From assembly GCA_963707505.1 (NCBI GenBank), contig CAVPQB010000001.1, positions 147,222 through 211,221 on the forward strand: a stretch of DNA of 64,000 nucleotides, given 5' to 3'. Positions 49,547-59,398 of this stretch are shown one piece after another. Position 1 is the stretch's first letter. Every line of letters starts with the position of its first letter. Below the pieces are notes generated by a model, which was given only the letters and a program-made list of their open reading frames with translations, made no database searches and was not told the DNA's origin. The DNA is from an uncultured Gemmatimonadales bacterium (lineage in GTDB: Bacteria > Gemmatimonadota > Gemmatimonadetes > Gemmatimonadales > Gemmatimonadaceae). The translations under genes were made by a program, and so were the position numbers.

Positions 49547-49921
49547 ATGCCACTCTACAACACCTCAACAGTCGCAACGGCCATCGGAGTCACCAATAAG
49601 TGGCTCGATAACCTCCTGTCCCACAATCACATACCTGGAGTCCAGAGCGCGTCGCAGGGTGTGTCCCGTCGACTTTCGCTCGCCGCAGTCACCCAGATAG
49701 CGCTGACCAAGGACCTCGTCGATCTCCTGAATGTTCCCGTCGCCACGGCCGTACGAGTCGCCTCCACCATGCTGACTGATCCGGATGGCAAGAGCCTGGG
49801 CGATTCGCCCATACGCATAACCATGGACCTGGACGAGTTCCGATCTGGTGTGCTGGAGAGCCTCGCCCGCGCCGTAGAGCTCGCCCCCACGCGCCGGCGG
49901 GGACGCCCGCCCAAAAGATAA
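49547..49921 (+). CDS. Putative DNA-binding protein (MerR-like HTH plus AT-hook)
   Basis: YNTSTVATAIGV..KWLDN, wing-like QGVSRRLS, C-terminal RRRGRPPKR. Confidence 0.65.
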   Translation: MPLYNTSTVATAIGVTNKWLDNLLSHNHIPGVQSASQGVSRRLSLAAVTQIALTKDLVDLLNVPVATAVRVASTMLTDPDGKSLGDSPIRITMDLDEFRSGVLESLARAVELAPTRRRGRPPKR

Positions 49922-49974
49922 GCTGATCCGGCTTCCGGCGCGTGTCCGATTACATATGGGAACAACACCCACAA

Positions 49975-50012
49975 CGAAAGAGGGGCATCTCTTTCGAGAC
50001 GCCCCTCTTTCG
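49975..50012. terminator. Bidirectional terminator
   Basis: CGAAAGAGGGGC...GCCCCTCTTTCG between convergent genes. Confidence 0.75.
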
Positions 50013-50031
50013 CCATTGCTTCAGGATCGCG

Positions 50032-50244
50032 TTACCCGTTCATCCGGGTCACATTCTCCGCCGCGGGCCCCTTTTGCCCCTGGACGATGTCGAACTCCAC
50101 CGCCTCACCCTCTTGCAGCGACTTGAAGCCGTTGCCGGAGATGGCGCTGTAGTGGACGAAGCAGTCCTTCTGACCGTTGTCGGGCGTGATGAAGCCAAAG
50201 CCCTTCGCGTCGTTGAACCACTTCACCTTTCCGGTCGTGCGCAT
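50032..50244 (-). CDS. Cold-shock protein (CspA family)
   Basis: [37 protein letters not shown]. Confidence 0.96.
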   Translation of the reverse strand: MRTTGKVKWFNDAKGFGFITPDNGQKDCFVHYSAISGNGFKSLQEGEAVEFDIVQGQKGPAAENVTRMNG

Positions 50245-50430
50245 TCCAACTAACTCCTGAATAGAAACTTGTCCGGAAGCAGGAAACGCCTACCCTGACA
50301 ATACTGCGGGTAGTTCAGATCCCCCGCACAGATCCATAGGACGATCCTATGCTGGGCCACAAAATATTGGCGGCCGGAATTTTAGGCAATAGACAAGTTT
50401 TTCCCTTCGGATTGGCCCTCAGGCCACGGG

Positions 50431-50874
50431 TTACTGGACGACCCTGAACCCCTGCACGAAGTACCTGGTCTCGCCGAAACAGGTAGTGGGCACACCCCTG
50501 TGCTCACCGTATGACAGGATGACTTGCTTCCCACCCGCCAGTTGGAGCGCTTTCGCAACCGAATCGTTCCGGATCGTGAAGTCGAAGACCGCCGCGCCCT
50601 TAGCAGTCGTGTCCCCCAGTGCCGCCGTCGCTCCCGGTATGGGCGCCACTGCAAGCTCTCCTTCCCACGTCTTGCAGAGCCATCCGCGCTGGGTCAGGTT
50701 CTTCACGTACCCGGTTCGCTCCCCCGAGGAATACACGAAGCCCAGCGTTCCCCATGTCCAGAGTCCTGCACCAAGTATCAGCACAACCACTACCGGTACG
50801 CCAACCTTGAGCCATAGCCGGCGTTTCTTCTTCGGTGTGATTGGTGCTTGCGGTATCGGTTCGCTCGCCGTCAT
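50431..50874 (-). CDS. Single-TM anchored hypothetical protein
   Basis: Basic N-terminus plus [32 protein letters not shown]. Confidence 0.75.
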   Translation of the reverse strand: MTASEPIPQAPITPKKKRRLWLKVGVPVVVVLILGAGLWTWGTLGFVYSSGERTGYVKNLTQRGWLCKTWEGELAVAPIPGATAALGDTTAKGAAVFDFTIRNDSVAKALQLAGGKQVILSYGEHRGVPTTCFGETRYFVQGFRVVQ

Positions 50875-50904
50875 CCCTTTTCTCTCCGCGGTTACTTTTC
50901 CAGT

Positions 50905-52155
50905 ATGCCCTTCGGACCGCGCAGAAGAACGGTGACGACCCTCGTTGGCGACGTCGCCGTCGGGTCAGACCATCCGGTCGTGGTGCAGTCCATGACCAAC
51001 ACAGATACCGCAGACGTTGGTGGTACCGTCGCCCAGGTTGCGGCACTCGCCGCCGCTGGCTCGCAGCTCGTACGCGTCACTGTCAATAATGAGGCTTCAG
51101 CAGCCGCCGTGCCCGAGATCGTCAAACGGCTCGCTGACCTTGGAATCGGTGTCCCCATAGTTGGCGACTTCCATTACAACGGCCACATTCTACTCGCAAA
51201 GTACCCGGACGCAGCACGTACTCTCGCGAAATATCGCATCAATCCTGGGAACGTGGGCGGCAAGCGGCGCGACGAGCACTTCCGCACCATCGTCCGGATC
51301 GCCATCGACAACGCCAAGCCCGTCCGCATCGGCGTAAACTGGGGCTCGCTCGATCAGGACCTGCTCACTTCCATGATGGACGAGAACGCGGTCCGCCCCG
51401 ATCCGCTCGGCGCACGAGACGTTTACATCGAGGCAATGCTCGAAAGCGCACTTCGCTCGGCAACGCTAGCCGAAGAGACCGGCCTGGGACACGATCGGAT
51501 CATCATCTCGGCCAAGGTCTCCGGAGTCAACGATCTCGTCGACGTCTACCGCCTCCTCGCCGCACGTTGCGATTATCCACTTCACCTCGGCCTTACCGAA
51601 GCGGGACTCGGCATGAAGGGGATCGTCGCCAGTACCGCCGGACTCTCGATTCTGCTGAGCGAAGGGATCGGCGACACCATTCGCGTCTCCCTCACCCCAA
51701 AGCCGGGCGGCGACAGAACCGAAGAAGTGCTGGTCGCCCAACAGATCCTCCAGTCACTGGGTTTGAGATCGTTCACACCACAGGTGACGTCGTGTCCGGG
51801 TTGTGGTCGCACGACATCCACATTCTTCCAGCACATGGCGGAAGACATCCAGACCTACCTGCGCGAGCAGATGCCTGCATGGCGCGCGCAGTATCCTGGC
51901 GTCGTCGAGATGAAGGTTGCAGTGATGGGGTGCATCGTGAACGGTCCTGGCGAGAGCAAGCATGCCAACATCGGCATCTCGCTTCCAGGCACATTCGAAG
52001 ATCCCAAGGCACCCGTGTACGTCGACGGCAAGCTTGCCATGACGCTCAAGGGTGATAACATCGTTCCCGAGTTCCTGAAAATTCTCGATGACTATGTGGA
52101 ACGAACCTATGGCGTCGCCGGCGACGTTGGCAGCAACATCACAGCTGGAGTCTGA
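50905..52155 (+). CDS. ispG: 4-hydroxy-3-methylbut-2-en-1-yl diphosphate synthase
   Basis: [49 protein letters not shown]. Confidence 0.96.
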   Translation: MPFGPRRRTVTTLVGDVAVGSDHPVVVQSMTNTDTADVGGTVAQVAALAAAGSQLVRVTVNNEASAAAVPEIVKRLADLGIGVPIVGDFHYNGHILLAKYPDAARTLAKYRINPGNVGGKRRDEHFRTIVRIAIDNAKPVRIGVNWGSLDQDLLTSMMDENAVRPDPLGARDVYIEAMLESALRSATLAEETGLGHDRIIISAKVSGVNDLVDVYRLLAARCDYPLHLGLTEAGLGMKGIVASTAGLSILLSEGIGDTIRVSLTPKPGGDRTEEVLVAQQILQSLGLRSFTPQVTSCPGCGRTTSTFFQHMAEDIQTYLREQMPAWRAQYPGVVEMKVAVMGCIVNGPGESKHANIGISLPGTFEDPKAPVYVDGKLAMTLKGDNIVPEFLKILDDYVERTYGVAGDVGSNITAGV

Positions 52156-53110
52156 TCCGGTAATCGCGGCGACGCAGGGCGGCACCTGCCTCAACTGCGG
52201 CACTCTCCTCACCGACGCGTTCTGCGCTCATTGCGGTCAGCGCGCCGGCGATGTGCACCTGTCAGTACGCGACATTGCGCACGAAGCCGTCGCAGAGCAC
52301 TTGGGGCTCGACAGCAAGGTTGCGCGCACCCTCATCACACTGCTGCGTCATCCAGGGCGCCTGACGATCGAATTTCTCTCGGGCCGGCGCGTTCGCTACG
52401 TTCCTCCGCTGCGCCTCTATCTATCTCTGAGCGTGTTGTTCTTCCTGTGCTCCGCGACCAGCGCCAGACTGAATGGCTCGAATACTACCGGGGTCGTTCG
52501 ATTCAACACATCCGGAGCGAAGGAAAGACCAGGACAGATCATCTCGTTTGACACGACCACACTGGAGCAGAGTGCGGAGAATGCAGCGCGAAGCAAGTCT
52601 GTCGACTCGACTCACGTCAAGCCGAACGCCATGCCCGGAATCACGATCGATACGATGCACGGGAATGCGTTGATGCTGTTCCTGCGACGCCGGATCGCTC
52701 GGCGCGCCGCGTACATGCAGAGCCACACGGCCGAAGCTTCCGCCCGCGTCGCCGAAGCGTTTCAACACGATCTTCCGGATGCCCTTTTCCTTCTGGTACC
52801 GGGACTCGCGTTCGCGCTGTGGGTCCTGTATCACGGCGAACATCGTTACTTCGCCGAGCACCTGGTATTTGCGATGCACTTCCAGGGGTTCGCCTTCGCA
52901 GCCCTGACCATTGGATTGCTCCCGATCCCGTTTATCGATTCGATTACGGGTATCGCGATTCTGGCGTATCTGTTTCTGGCCTTGAGGAAGGTCTATGGCC
53001 AGAGCATCGCGCTGACTACGGGAAAATTCGCCGCAATAGTGGTGGGTTACGGTATCTCACTGGCGGTGATCATGGGAGCAGTAGCCCTTACCGTGTTTCT
53101 CTTCGCCTAG
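52109..53110 (+). CDS. DUF3667 membrane protein with Zn ribbon
   Basis: CLNC...FCAHCGQ, PGRLT..F..G.R.RY.PPLRLY, EHLVF; start uncertain, overlaps the ispG end. Confidence 0.85.
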   Translation: MASPATLAATSQLESDPVIAATQGGTCLNCGTLLTDAFCAHCGQRAGDVHLSVRDIAHEAVAEHLGLDSKVARTLITLLRHPGRLTIEFLSGRRVRYVPPLRLYLSLSVLFFLCSATSARLNGSNTTGVVRFNTSGAKERPGQIISFDTTTLEQSAENAARSKSVDSTHVKPNAMPGITIDTMHGNALMLFLRRRIARRAAYMQSHTAEASARVAEAFQHDLPDALFLLVPGLAFALWVLYHGEHRYFAEHLVFAMHFQGFAFAALTIGLLPIPFIDSITGIAILAYLFLALRKVYGQSIALTTGKFAAIVVGYGISLAVIMGAVALTVFLFA

Positions 53111-53592
53111 CGCGCGAACCGCGAAAGTATCTGGGCGAGACCGCGTTCATCTTCGGCGTCGAATGTGCCGGTGCTCTCCGAATCGATGTCGAACACGGCT
53201 ATCAGATCACCGCTCGAGTTGATTACCGGAAGCACGATCTCCGAACGCGCGCTCGCATCACATGCGATGTGGTCTGGAAACGTCTCGACGTCCTGCACCA
53301 CGACCGCACGACGCTCCGCGGCGGCAGTCCCACACACGCCGCGTCCGAATGCGATTTCGAGACAGCCGAGTGTGCCCTGGTAGGGACCGACCCGCATCAG
53401 CTTGCCCGGCGTCACGACGCGGTAGAAACCGGTCCACAGAAAACCAAATGCATTATGGACCAGCGCACTCACCGTCGCCATCTCGGCGATGTCATCATCG
53501 ATGCCGTCCAGCACCGCCTCGATATGACTTGCGAGCTCGCTATATGCCTGACTCTTTGGAATCCCGCGCAGATCCAGCGTTACTTCGGCCAT
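53107..53592 (-). CDS. msrC: GAF-domain free methionine-R-sulfoxide reductase-like protein
   Basis: WTGFY, GPYQGTLGC, GRGVCG, HIACD, SEIVLP, DIDS. Confidence 0.85.
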   Translation of the reverse strand: MAEVTLDLRGIPKSQAYSELASHIEAVLDGIDDDIAEMATVSALVHNAFGFLWTGFYRVVTPGKLMRVGPYQGTLGCLEIAFGRGVCGTAAAERRAVVVQDVETFPDHIACDASARSEIVLPVINSSGDLIAVFDIDSESTGTFDAEDERGLAQILSRFAR

Positions 53593-53610
53593 GCACGAAA
53601 GCTAGCACGG

Positions 53611-53745
53611 TTATTTGAATATTCCGAAGTGTCCCAGCAGCCACCACAGAATGATGAAGATGAGAATCGTTCCGCAGCCGCACCCACCACCGCCCAATTT
53701 CTTGGCGCCGTAGCCAGCCGCGATCCCGCGTAGAATCTTGCTCAT
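53611..53745 (-). CDS. 44-aa single-TM microprotein
   Basis: MSKILRGIAAGYGAKKLGGGGCGCGTILIFIILWWLLGHFGIFK; RBS GGGGAG; below the ORF-track cutoff. Confidence 0.7.
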   Translation of the reverse strand: MSKILRGIAAGYGAKKLGGGGCGCGTILIFIILWWLLGHFGIFK

Positions 53746-53877
53746 GACGTCTCCCCTTATGCACGGACCGTACCGGGCGCTTCTACCGGCTTTGTTTCAC
53801 CGGAGCCCGGCAAATCGTCTTTTTCGAGCATTTCTCGCACGAACGACAGACTCCACCAGCCGCACAGCCATACCGTG

Positions 53878-54522
53878 ATGTCGCCAATGAACACCCTATC
53901 GCTTATCGGAATCGCCGCGCTCGCGTTGATCTCCAGCAGCTCCATCGAGGCTCAGACTTCGTCCCAGCCTCTCGTCGGTGCGTGGCGCGCAGACGCGCCG
54001 CTCCCGAACGGAGTCGTCCAGACCTTCCGATTCGACCCCGATGGCAAGTTCGACCTGGCCCAGGCTCTCGCAGTAGAGGGCCAGTACCGGATTGACGGCA
54101 ACCAGCTGATCGAAACCGTAACTCTACCCAACGTCGGTGTGACACATACCGACACGGCAACGTTTACCATCACCGGTGATTCTCTGGTCGTGAGTGAGCG
54201 GACGGGTACACCGCCTCGAGTATTGCGCCGCACGGGCACTGCTGTCGTGTCGTCACCGATTGTCGGTGATTGGGTGATTACGGTCGGCGACGGAGTGGCG
54301 GCACACTACGTTTTCGGGAACAACGGTACGATGCACATGCACGCGCAGGTCGGTGACGAAAAGGGGAAGTACGTGGTTCGCGCCGACACGCTGCATCTGT
54401 CCAATGATCAAACCTTCCAGCTGCCGGCGACTGCTCTCTTCACAGTCGCCGATAGCGTGCTCACGCTAACTCCGCAGAACGGAAAGCAGGCACGGCACTT
54501 TCATAAAGTGGCACCGCGCTAG
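53878..54522 (+). CDS. Secreted protein with two lipocalin-like (GxW) repeats
   Basis: Signal peptide; LVGAW..F..DG..G.Y.I.G..L and IVGDW..F..NG..GKY.V..DTL. Confidence 0.65.
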   Translation: MSPMNTLSLIGIAALALISSSSIEAQTSSQPLVGAWRADAPLPNGVVQTFRFDPDGKFDLAQALAVEGQYRIDGNQLIETVTLPNVGVTHTDTATFTITGDSLVVSERTGTPPRVLRRTGTAVVSSPIVGDWVITVGDGVAAHYVFGNNGTMHMHAQVGDEKGKYVVRADTLHLSNDQTFQLPATALFTVADSVLTLTPQNGKQARHFHKVAPR

Positions 54523-54562
54523 CGTACGGCGCGCGTCGAACTGGACCGACGAATCGACCCCT

Positions 54563-56203
54563 TTACAACCGCGGCGCCTCGTCATCCCACAGTACGATTC
54601 CGTGTACCAGCTTCCCGGCTGCGCGCAGGTTCTTCACCGCCGCTCGAAGATCTGCGATCTGCGTCACGCCCACCTGTGCGCATACAATCACATCCGGCGC
54701 GGGTACGATCGTGTTGGTCTTGAGCTGAGCGTAACTCGATGGGGCAACTATCACGATCAGGTCATAGCGACGCTCCATTCTGGCAAGCGTATCGTGCAGC
54801 TTGCGAACTGCATCCGGCGATGCTGTCCCGATGCGTCCGTGACCACTCGGCAGCACATCGAGCGGACGATCACGTCCGACCGTGGTGGGTACGATCGCTT
54901 CGAACAGTTCGACCTGCTCGCTCAGCACCCCGCGTAATCCGGGATCAGATTCGATTCGCAATACCGAAGAGACAGAGCTGGTGGACGGATCGCCATCCAC
55001 CAGCAACGTGCTTCTGGCTTCATAAGCCGCGACAGCAGCGAGATTGGCGGCAATCGTAGCGACGACGCCGGGAATGTCACCCGTCACGGTTACGATCGGT
55101 ACACTCGCTTCGGTGGCCGCGAGATGCAAATACAACGTCCGGTAGCTCTCGGACGTGATGTCGATCAGCGGCGGCGTCTCGATATCCGATTGACGCCTGC
55201 CGCGCTCCACGATGCTTCCAGGCTGAATCACGCTGAGAACGCGCACGTTCGACACGGCTTCACCTTCACGCATGTGCGCCACGCGCGGATGGCGCATTTC
55301 ACCGATGAACACGACCACGAACCCGACAGCGAGTGCGATCACAAGGGCCGCAGCCAACATGGCGATCGGCGGCGCGCCGACATTCGCAACCTCACGCGCC
55401 TGCGTCGCCACCGTATCGATTCTCGCGTTGACGCTCCGCAATGAATCGAGTCGCTGGCGCGCGTCCATGAACTCCTGCGTCGCACTCTCCCGTGCACTCA
55501 CAAATGCTGTTGTGTCTACGTGCGTCGTCTGGAGCGTCGGTAGCGGCGGAGGCGGAGCCATGAGCGGCGCGATACGCGCGCGCAACTCCGATTGTTTATC
55601 AGACGCGGCATCGCGAATCGATCGGCCCAATTCATTCACTCGGGCCGTCAACGCGACGTAAATCGGGTCGCCCGCGCCCAGGGCGCCAAACGGCGCACGT
55701 AGCTTATCCACCTGATCCAGCGAATCGAGCCATACCCGAACGCGTTGATCCTTCGCGAGCGCTGGCGATTCGCCAAGCGCTCTGAACGCAGGCGGCAATG
55801 GCGAATCCGCGGCGTGCGCCATGGCTGCTGTGAGAGACGCAAGCAACGCATTGAGCGAATCGCGCTCGGCGCGGAGCGCCGGCGATAGCGTGTCCTGCGG
55901 AACAGCGACCGGTTGCTGTAACGCTACAATCCGACGCGCTGCGGCAAGCGCGGAGTCTGCCTGTCTTATCGATGCGCGCGCAAGGGCGAGCGCGTCGGCC
56001 GCTGCCGATGTGTCAGCAGTTTTCTCGACCGGGCGCGCACTCGTAACGCGCACCAGACGCGTTGTCTCGCGCGGGAGAAGCACCAGCCCGATCAACGCGC
56101 ACACGAAAGCGATACCTGTGACGATGCTCGCCAACGCCCGCCGCCTGAGTGCGTTGCGCGCTCGCGCGGCGATCCAGACGTACGTCGGGTTACCCGGCGG
56201 CAT
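54563..56203 (-). CDS. Wzc/CpsD-like membrane protein with a degenerate tyrosine-kinase domain
   Basis: Two TM helices flanking a coiled region; SESYRTL, IAANLA, LLVDGD, LDVLPSG, YDLIVI, GIVL. Confidence 0.7.
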   Translation of the reverse strand: MPPGNPTYVWIAARARNALRRRALASIVTGIAFVCALIGLVLLPRETTRLVRVTSARPVEKTADTSAAADALALARASIRQADSALAAARRIVALQQPVAVPQDTLSPALRAERDSLNALLASLTAAMAHAADSPLPPAFRALGESPALAKDQRVRVWLDSLDQVDKLRAPFGALGAGDPIYVALTARVNELGRSIRDAASDKQSELRARIAPLMAPPPPLPTLQTTHVDTTAFVSARESATQEFMDARQRLDSLRSVNARIDTVATQAREVANVGAPPIAMLAAALVIALAVGFVVVFIGEMRHPRVAHMREGEAVSNVRVLSVIQPGSIVERGRRQSDIETPPLIDITSESYRTLYLHLAATEASVPIVTVTGDIPGVVATIAANLAAVAAYEARSTLLVDGDPSTSSVSSVLRIESDPGLRGVLSEQVELFEAIVPTTVGRDRPLDVLPSGHGRIGTASPDAVRKLHDTLARMERRYDLIVIVAPSSYAQLKTNTIVPAPDVIVCAQVGVTQIADLRAAVKNLRAAGKLVHGIVLWDDEAPRL

Positions 56204-56259
56204 TCAATACCAGATCAGAAGCTCCGCTCACTGTTCGGCTCGGCCAAGGTTGCTACGCC

Positions 56260-56311
56260 AAACAAAACGAACCGGCTGCCCCGGAGCAAGTTCAGCTCCA
56301 GGGCAGCCGGT
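56260..56311 (-). terminator. Intrinsic terminator after the cupredoxin gene
   Basis: ACCGGCTGCCC...GGGCAGCCGGT hairpin followed by a T-rich tail on the minus strand. Confidence 0.7.
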
Positions 56312-56334
56312 GAGATGCGAGATCGCGGTCGGTA

Positions 56335-56874
56335 CTACTGAACCGTGATGGCCTGCTTCATTCCCATCGCGAGGTGCGGCGTGCAGTGCGCCTCGTACGT
56401 GCCCGGCGGAATCTTTGCGAACGAGATCGTGTAGGTCTCATTCGGCTGAACCAGAAGCTTGCCAGCGAGATCGCTCATCTGATCAGGCATGTTCGCAGAC
56501 AGCTGTGGCTTGACGGCCGCAGGAATCAGAGCTGGATCGAATGCAACGTCGTGTGGTCCACCGCTGACGTTGGTGTAGCGGATCCCGTCGCCTTCCTTGA
56601 TCGTGATCGCGGCTGGCTCAAAACGGTAGCCCTTCGCGTCGCCGATCATCTTCACATCGTGGATCGTACCGGTGATCGGGGCCGCAGCGACAGCACCAGC
56701 TGCTGGCGTCGCGGCAGTCGAGGTCGAACCCGCGGCCGCGGCCGCAGTTGTATCAGCTGCTGGGGTAGTCGCAGCAGCCGTCGTGTCGGCAGCCTTCTCG
56801 CCACCGCCGCACGCGGCAAGCATCAAGGCGCTAGCCGCTATTGCAGTAAAACCGAAATACCGCATCTGCTTCAT
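56335..56874 (-). CDS. Plastocyanin/azurin family blue copper lipoprotein
   Basis: Lipobox LAAC, Ala/Thr linker, GPHDV, CTPHLAMGM type-1 copper ligands; RBS AGGAG. Confidence 0.92.
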   Translation of the reverse strand: MKQMRYFGFTAIAASALMLAACGGGEKAADTTAAATTPAADTTAAAAAGSTSTAATPAAGAVAAAPITGTIHDVKMIGDAKGYRFEPAAITIKEGDGIRYTNVSGGPHDVAFDPALIPAAVKPQLSANMPDQMSDLAGKLLVQPNETYTISFAKIPPGTYEAHCTPHLAMGMKQAITVQ

Positions 56875-56951
56875 TCTCCTAGATAAGTGCGCCCGACGAG
56901 CGCTCTCGCCGAGCATTGTGAAAGTATTCACAAACCGCGCCTAATTCAACG

Positions 56952-56980
56952 TTGACAACAAATCCGTCTCCGATCACATT
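56952..56980 (+). promoter_or_regulatory. sigma70-like promoter of the his operon
   Basis: TTGACA, 17 nt, CACATT; ends 5 nt before the leader ATG. Confidence 0.65.
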
Positions 56981-56985
56981 GAGGC

Positions 56986-57057
56986 ATGGCTCGTACCGCA
57001 ACCCACCACGCACATCATCTCCATGTCCTGACGGACCGGGGATTCTGTCGCACGTGA
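56986..57057 (+). CDS. hisL: His operon leader peptide (23 aa)
   Basis: MARTATHHAHHLHVLTDRGFCRT, with 5 His in 7 codons, directly upstream of a terminator and hisG. Confidence 0.85.
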   Translation: MARTATHHAHHLHVLTDRGFCRT

Positions 57058-57122
57058 TGGGCTGACCAGCCAAACCATCCGCGATCTCCGGCCCGTCCTT
57101 CTGGACGGGCTTTTTTGTTTTC
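57030..57122 (+). terminator. His attenuator (antiterminator/terminator)
   Basis: Terminator GCCCGTCC-TTCT-GGACGGGC-TTTTTTGTTTT (57091-57121); 57030-57043 GACGGACCGGGGAT can pair with 57084-57097 ATCTCCGGCCCGTC. Confidence 0.85.
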
Positions 57123-57152
57123 CGGTCGAATCTTCTCCTATTTCACACTCAA

Positions 57153-58076
57153 ATGACCCCGGCTGAATTCCAGCTCGAACCATTAGCTGCCCGCACCCTG
57201 ATCCCCCCGGTCCTCCGGATCGCGCTTCCGAACAAGGGGCGCCTGGCCCAGGATACGCGCGATCTGTTCACCGACGCGGGCCTCGAGGTCCGCGCCTCCA
57301 GCGATCGAGCCCTGAAAGCCTCACTTGGCGCAGAGTTCGAGGCGATCTTCGTTCGGGCTCAGGATATCCCCGAATTCGTGTCCGACGGCGCTGCAGACGC
57401 CGGCGTTACTGGGCTGGACCTGATCGCCGAAAACAGGCGCGGTGTCGTCTCCAGACTCGATCTCGGATTCGGAAGATGCCGGCTGTCCATGGCCGCCCGA
57501 GAGGAAAGCGGACTCGATGATTTTCGCCAATTGCCGCCGCGCTCCCGCGTTGCAACGGCTTTCCCCAACATCACAGCACGCTTTTGCGCCCAGGCCGGGC
57601 TCGATCTCGAGATAGTGCCGATCTCAGGCGCCGCCGAGATTGCGCCCCACCTTGGCATCGCTGACGTCATCGTGGACCTGGTATCTACGGGGTCCACCCT
57701 CAAGACCAACGGTCTGAGAGAGATCGGCACGATAATGCAGTCGACTGCCCAGCTGGTTGTCGCTGAGAATCGAACGGCCTGGCCCGCTGCCAAGGAAACT
57801 GCTCTGCAGGAGCTGTGTACGGCACTCGAATCAGTGACGTCCGCACGCGGCCAGCGCTATCTCATGGCCAATGTCCCGCGAGACCGCCTCGATGAGGTCC
57901 GTCAGGTCCTTCCAGGGCTCAACGGCCCTACCGTAATCGACGTCCTCGATGGAGGTAGGCATGTCGCCGTCCATGCGGTGGTGGCCGCGTCCGCGATATA
58001 TCGAACTATTGCGGATTTGAAGGCGATCGGGGGAGAAGGGATTCTCGTAACGCGCATCGAGAGGTTGATGCGATGA
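57153..58076 (+). CDS. hisG: ATP phosphoribosyltransferase, long form
   Basis: LRIALPNKGRL, RAQDIP, DLGFGRC, DLVSTGSTL, C-terminal regulatory domain. Confidence 0.95.
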   Translation: MTPAEFQLEPLAARTLIPPVLRIALPNKGRLAQDTRDLFTDAGLEVRASSDRALKASLGAEFEAIFVRAQDIPEFVSDGAADAGVTGLDLIAENRRGVVSRLDLGFGRCRLSMAAREESGLDDFRQLPPRSRVATAFPNITARFCAQAGLDLEIVPISGAAEIAPHLGIADVIVDLVSTGSTLKTNGLREIGTIMQSTAQLVVAENRTAWPAAKETALQELCTALESVTSARGQRYLMANVPRDRLDEVRQVLPGLNGPTVIDVLDGGRHVAVHAVVAASAIYRTIADLKAIGGEGILVTRIERLMR

Positions 58077-59398
58077 TAGATAATCCTAACTCCGGTAAGA
58101 TTTGGTTAGCGCAGTGTATATGCGACCTTACAGATGCCTCCAAAGCATCGCTTTTTTCGCGCGGAACTTCGTCAGATGATTCGGTTGCAATCACCACGGC
58201 GAAACTCCTTGGCGCAGTCAGGCTCCGGGGTGACAAGGCGCTGTCCGAGATGGCGAGCGACTTCGATGGAGTCGAGATGGCCACCTTCGAGATCACTCGC
58301 CCAGCCTGGCGCGTAGCTCTGGACTCCCTGGATCGCGGTCTTGTCCGGGCGATGGAGCGCAGCATCCGAAATCTCGAATCCGTGCAGCAGGCCTTCCTCC
58401 CAACGACCTCGGAGACGTCGCCCGAGCCCGGTATCATCGTCGGACGCCGACCGGATCCTATCGATAGAGTCGGCATCTATGCGCCAGGGGGGCGGGCCGC
58501 CTATCCAAGCAGTGTTCTGATGGGGGCGGTTCCAGCCCGAGTAGCCGGCGTGCGCGAGCTGGTCCTGTGCTCGCCACCTGGCCCAGCCGGACTCCCGTCC
58601 GCGGTAGTTCTTGCAGCCGCCGAGCTCGCGGGCGTCGACCGAGTATTCGCACTTGGCGGGGCAGGGGCAATCGGGGCGATGGCGTATGGAACGGAAACCG
58701 TTCCAGGCGTGGATCGGATAGTGGGGCCTGGCAATGCATACGTTGCGGAGGCCAAGCTCCAGGTAGCGGGTGTTGTCGCGATAGACTCGCCAGCGGGCCC
58801 GAGTGAGCTGCTGATAATCGCTGACGCGAGCTCCAATCCTGATGTAGTGGTACGGGAGGCGCTGGCGCAGGCAGAGCACGATCCACGCGCGGTTGTAGTC
58901 GTCGTCGCTATCGGGCAGAGTGTTGCGGACCGTGTCGTCGAGCGACTCGTCGGCGCGTCCTCGTCGCAGACTCGGCGCGAGGTCATCGAAGAGTCGCTTC
59001 GGACGCGCGGCGCGGTATTGTGCGCAGCGGACATCGACGAAGCGATTGCCTTCAGCAACTCTTTCGCGCCGGAGCATCTGCTTCTCGCGGTAGCAAATGC
59101 ACGTGAGCTGCTTCCGCGATGCCGTAATGCGGGGACGATATTCGTCGGCGAGCGTAGCTCTGTTGCGTTTGGTGATTACATGACCGGCGCAAATCACGTT
59201 CTTCCAACGGGCGGGCTTGCACGCTCCTACTCAGGTCTGTCGGTGCTCGACTTCATGCGGTGGACGACATATCAGGTAATCGATCCCGCTGCTGCGAATG
59301 ATTTGGCGGAAGACGTTGGGGTATTCGCAGATGCGGAGGGTTTGCCCGCGCACGCCGCGGCAGCACGGCAGTGGACGTCCGTCGGAGCGGCACAGTGA
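58073..59398 (+). CDS. hisD: Histidinol dehydrogenase
   Basis: GIYAPGG, GPGNAYV, AGPSE, QAEHD, APEHL, GDY..G.NHVLPT. Confidence 0.95.
   Translation: MIDNPNSGKIWLAQCICDLTDASKASLFSRGTSSDDSVAITTAKLLGAVRLRGDKALSEMASDFDGVEMATFEITRPAWRVALDSLDRGLVRAMERSIRNLESVQQAFLPTTSETSPEPGIIVGRRPDPIDRVGIYAPGGRAAYPSSVLMGAVPARVAGVRELVLCSPPGPAGLPSAVVLAAAELAGVDRVFALGGAGAIGAMAYGTETVPGVDRIVGPGNAYVAEAKLQVAGVVAIDSPAGPSELLIIADASSNPDVVVREALAQAEHDPRAVVVVVAIGQSVADRVVERLVGASSSQTRREVIEESLRTRGAVLCAADIDEAIAFSNSFAPEHLLLAVANARELLPRCRNAGTIFVGERSSVAFGDYMTGANHVLPTGGLARSYSGLSVLDFMRWTTYQVIDPAAANDLAEDVGVFADAEGLPAHAAAARQWTSVGAAQ

Noticed and set aside
56335..56874. Cupredoxin as evidence of phototrophy
   Set aside because: No photosynthesis genes are in the window; blue copper lipoproteins also serve respiration.
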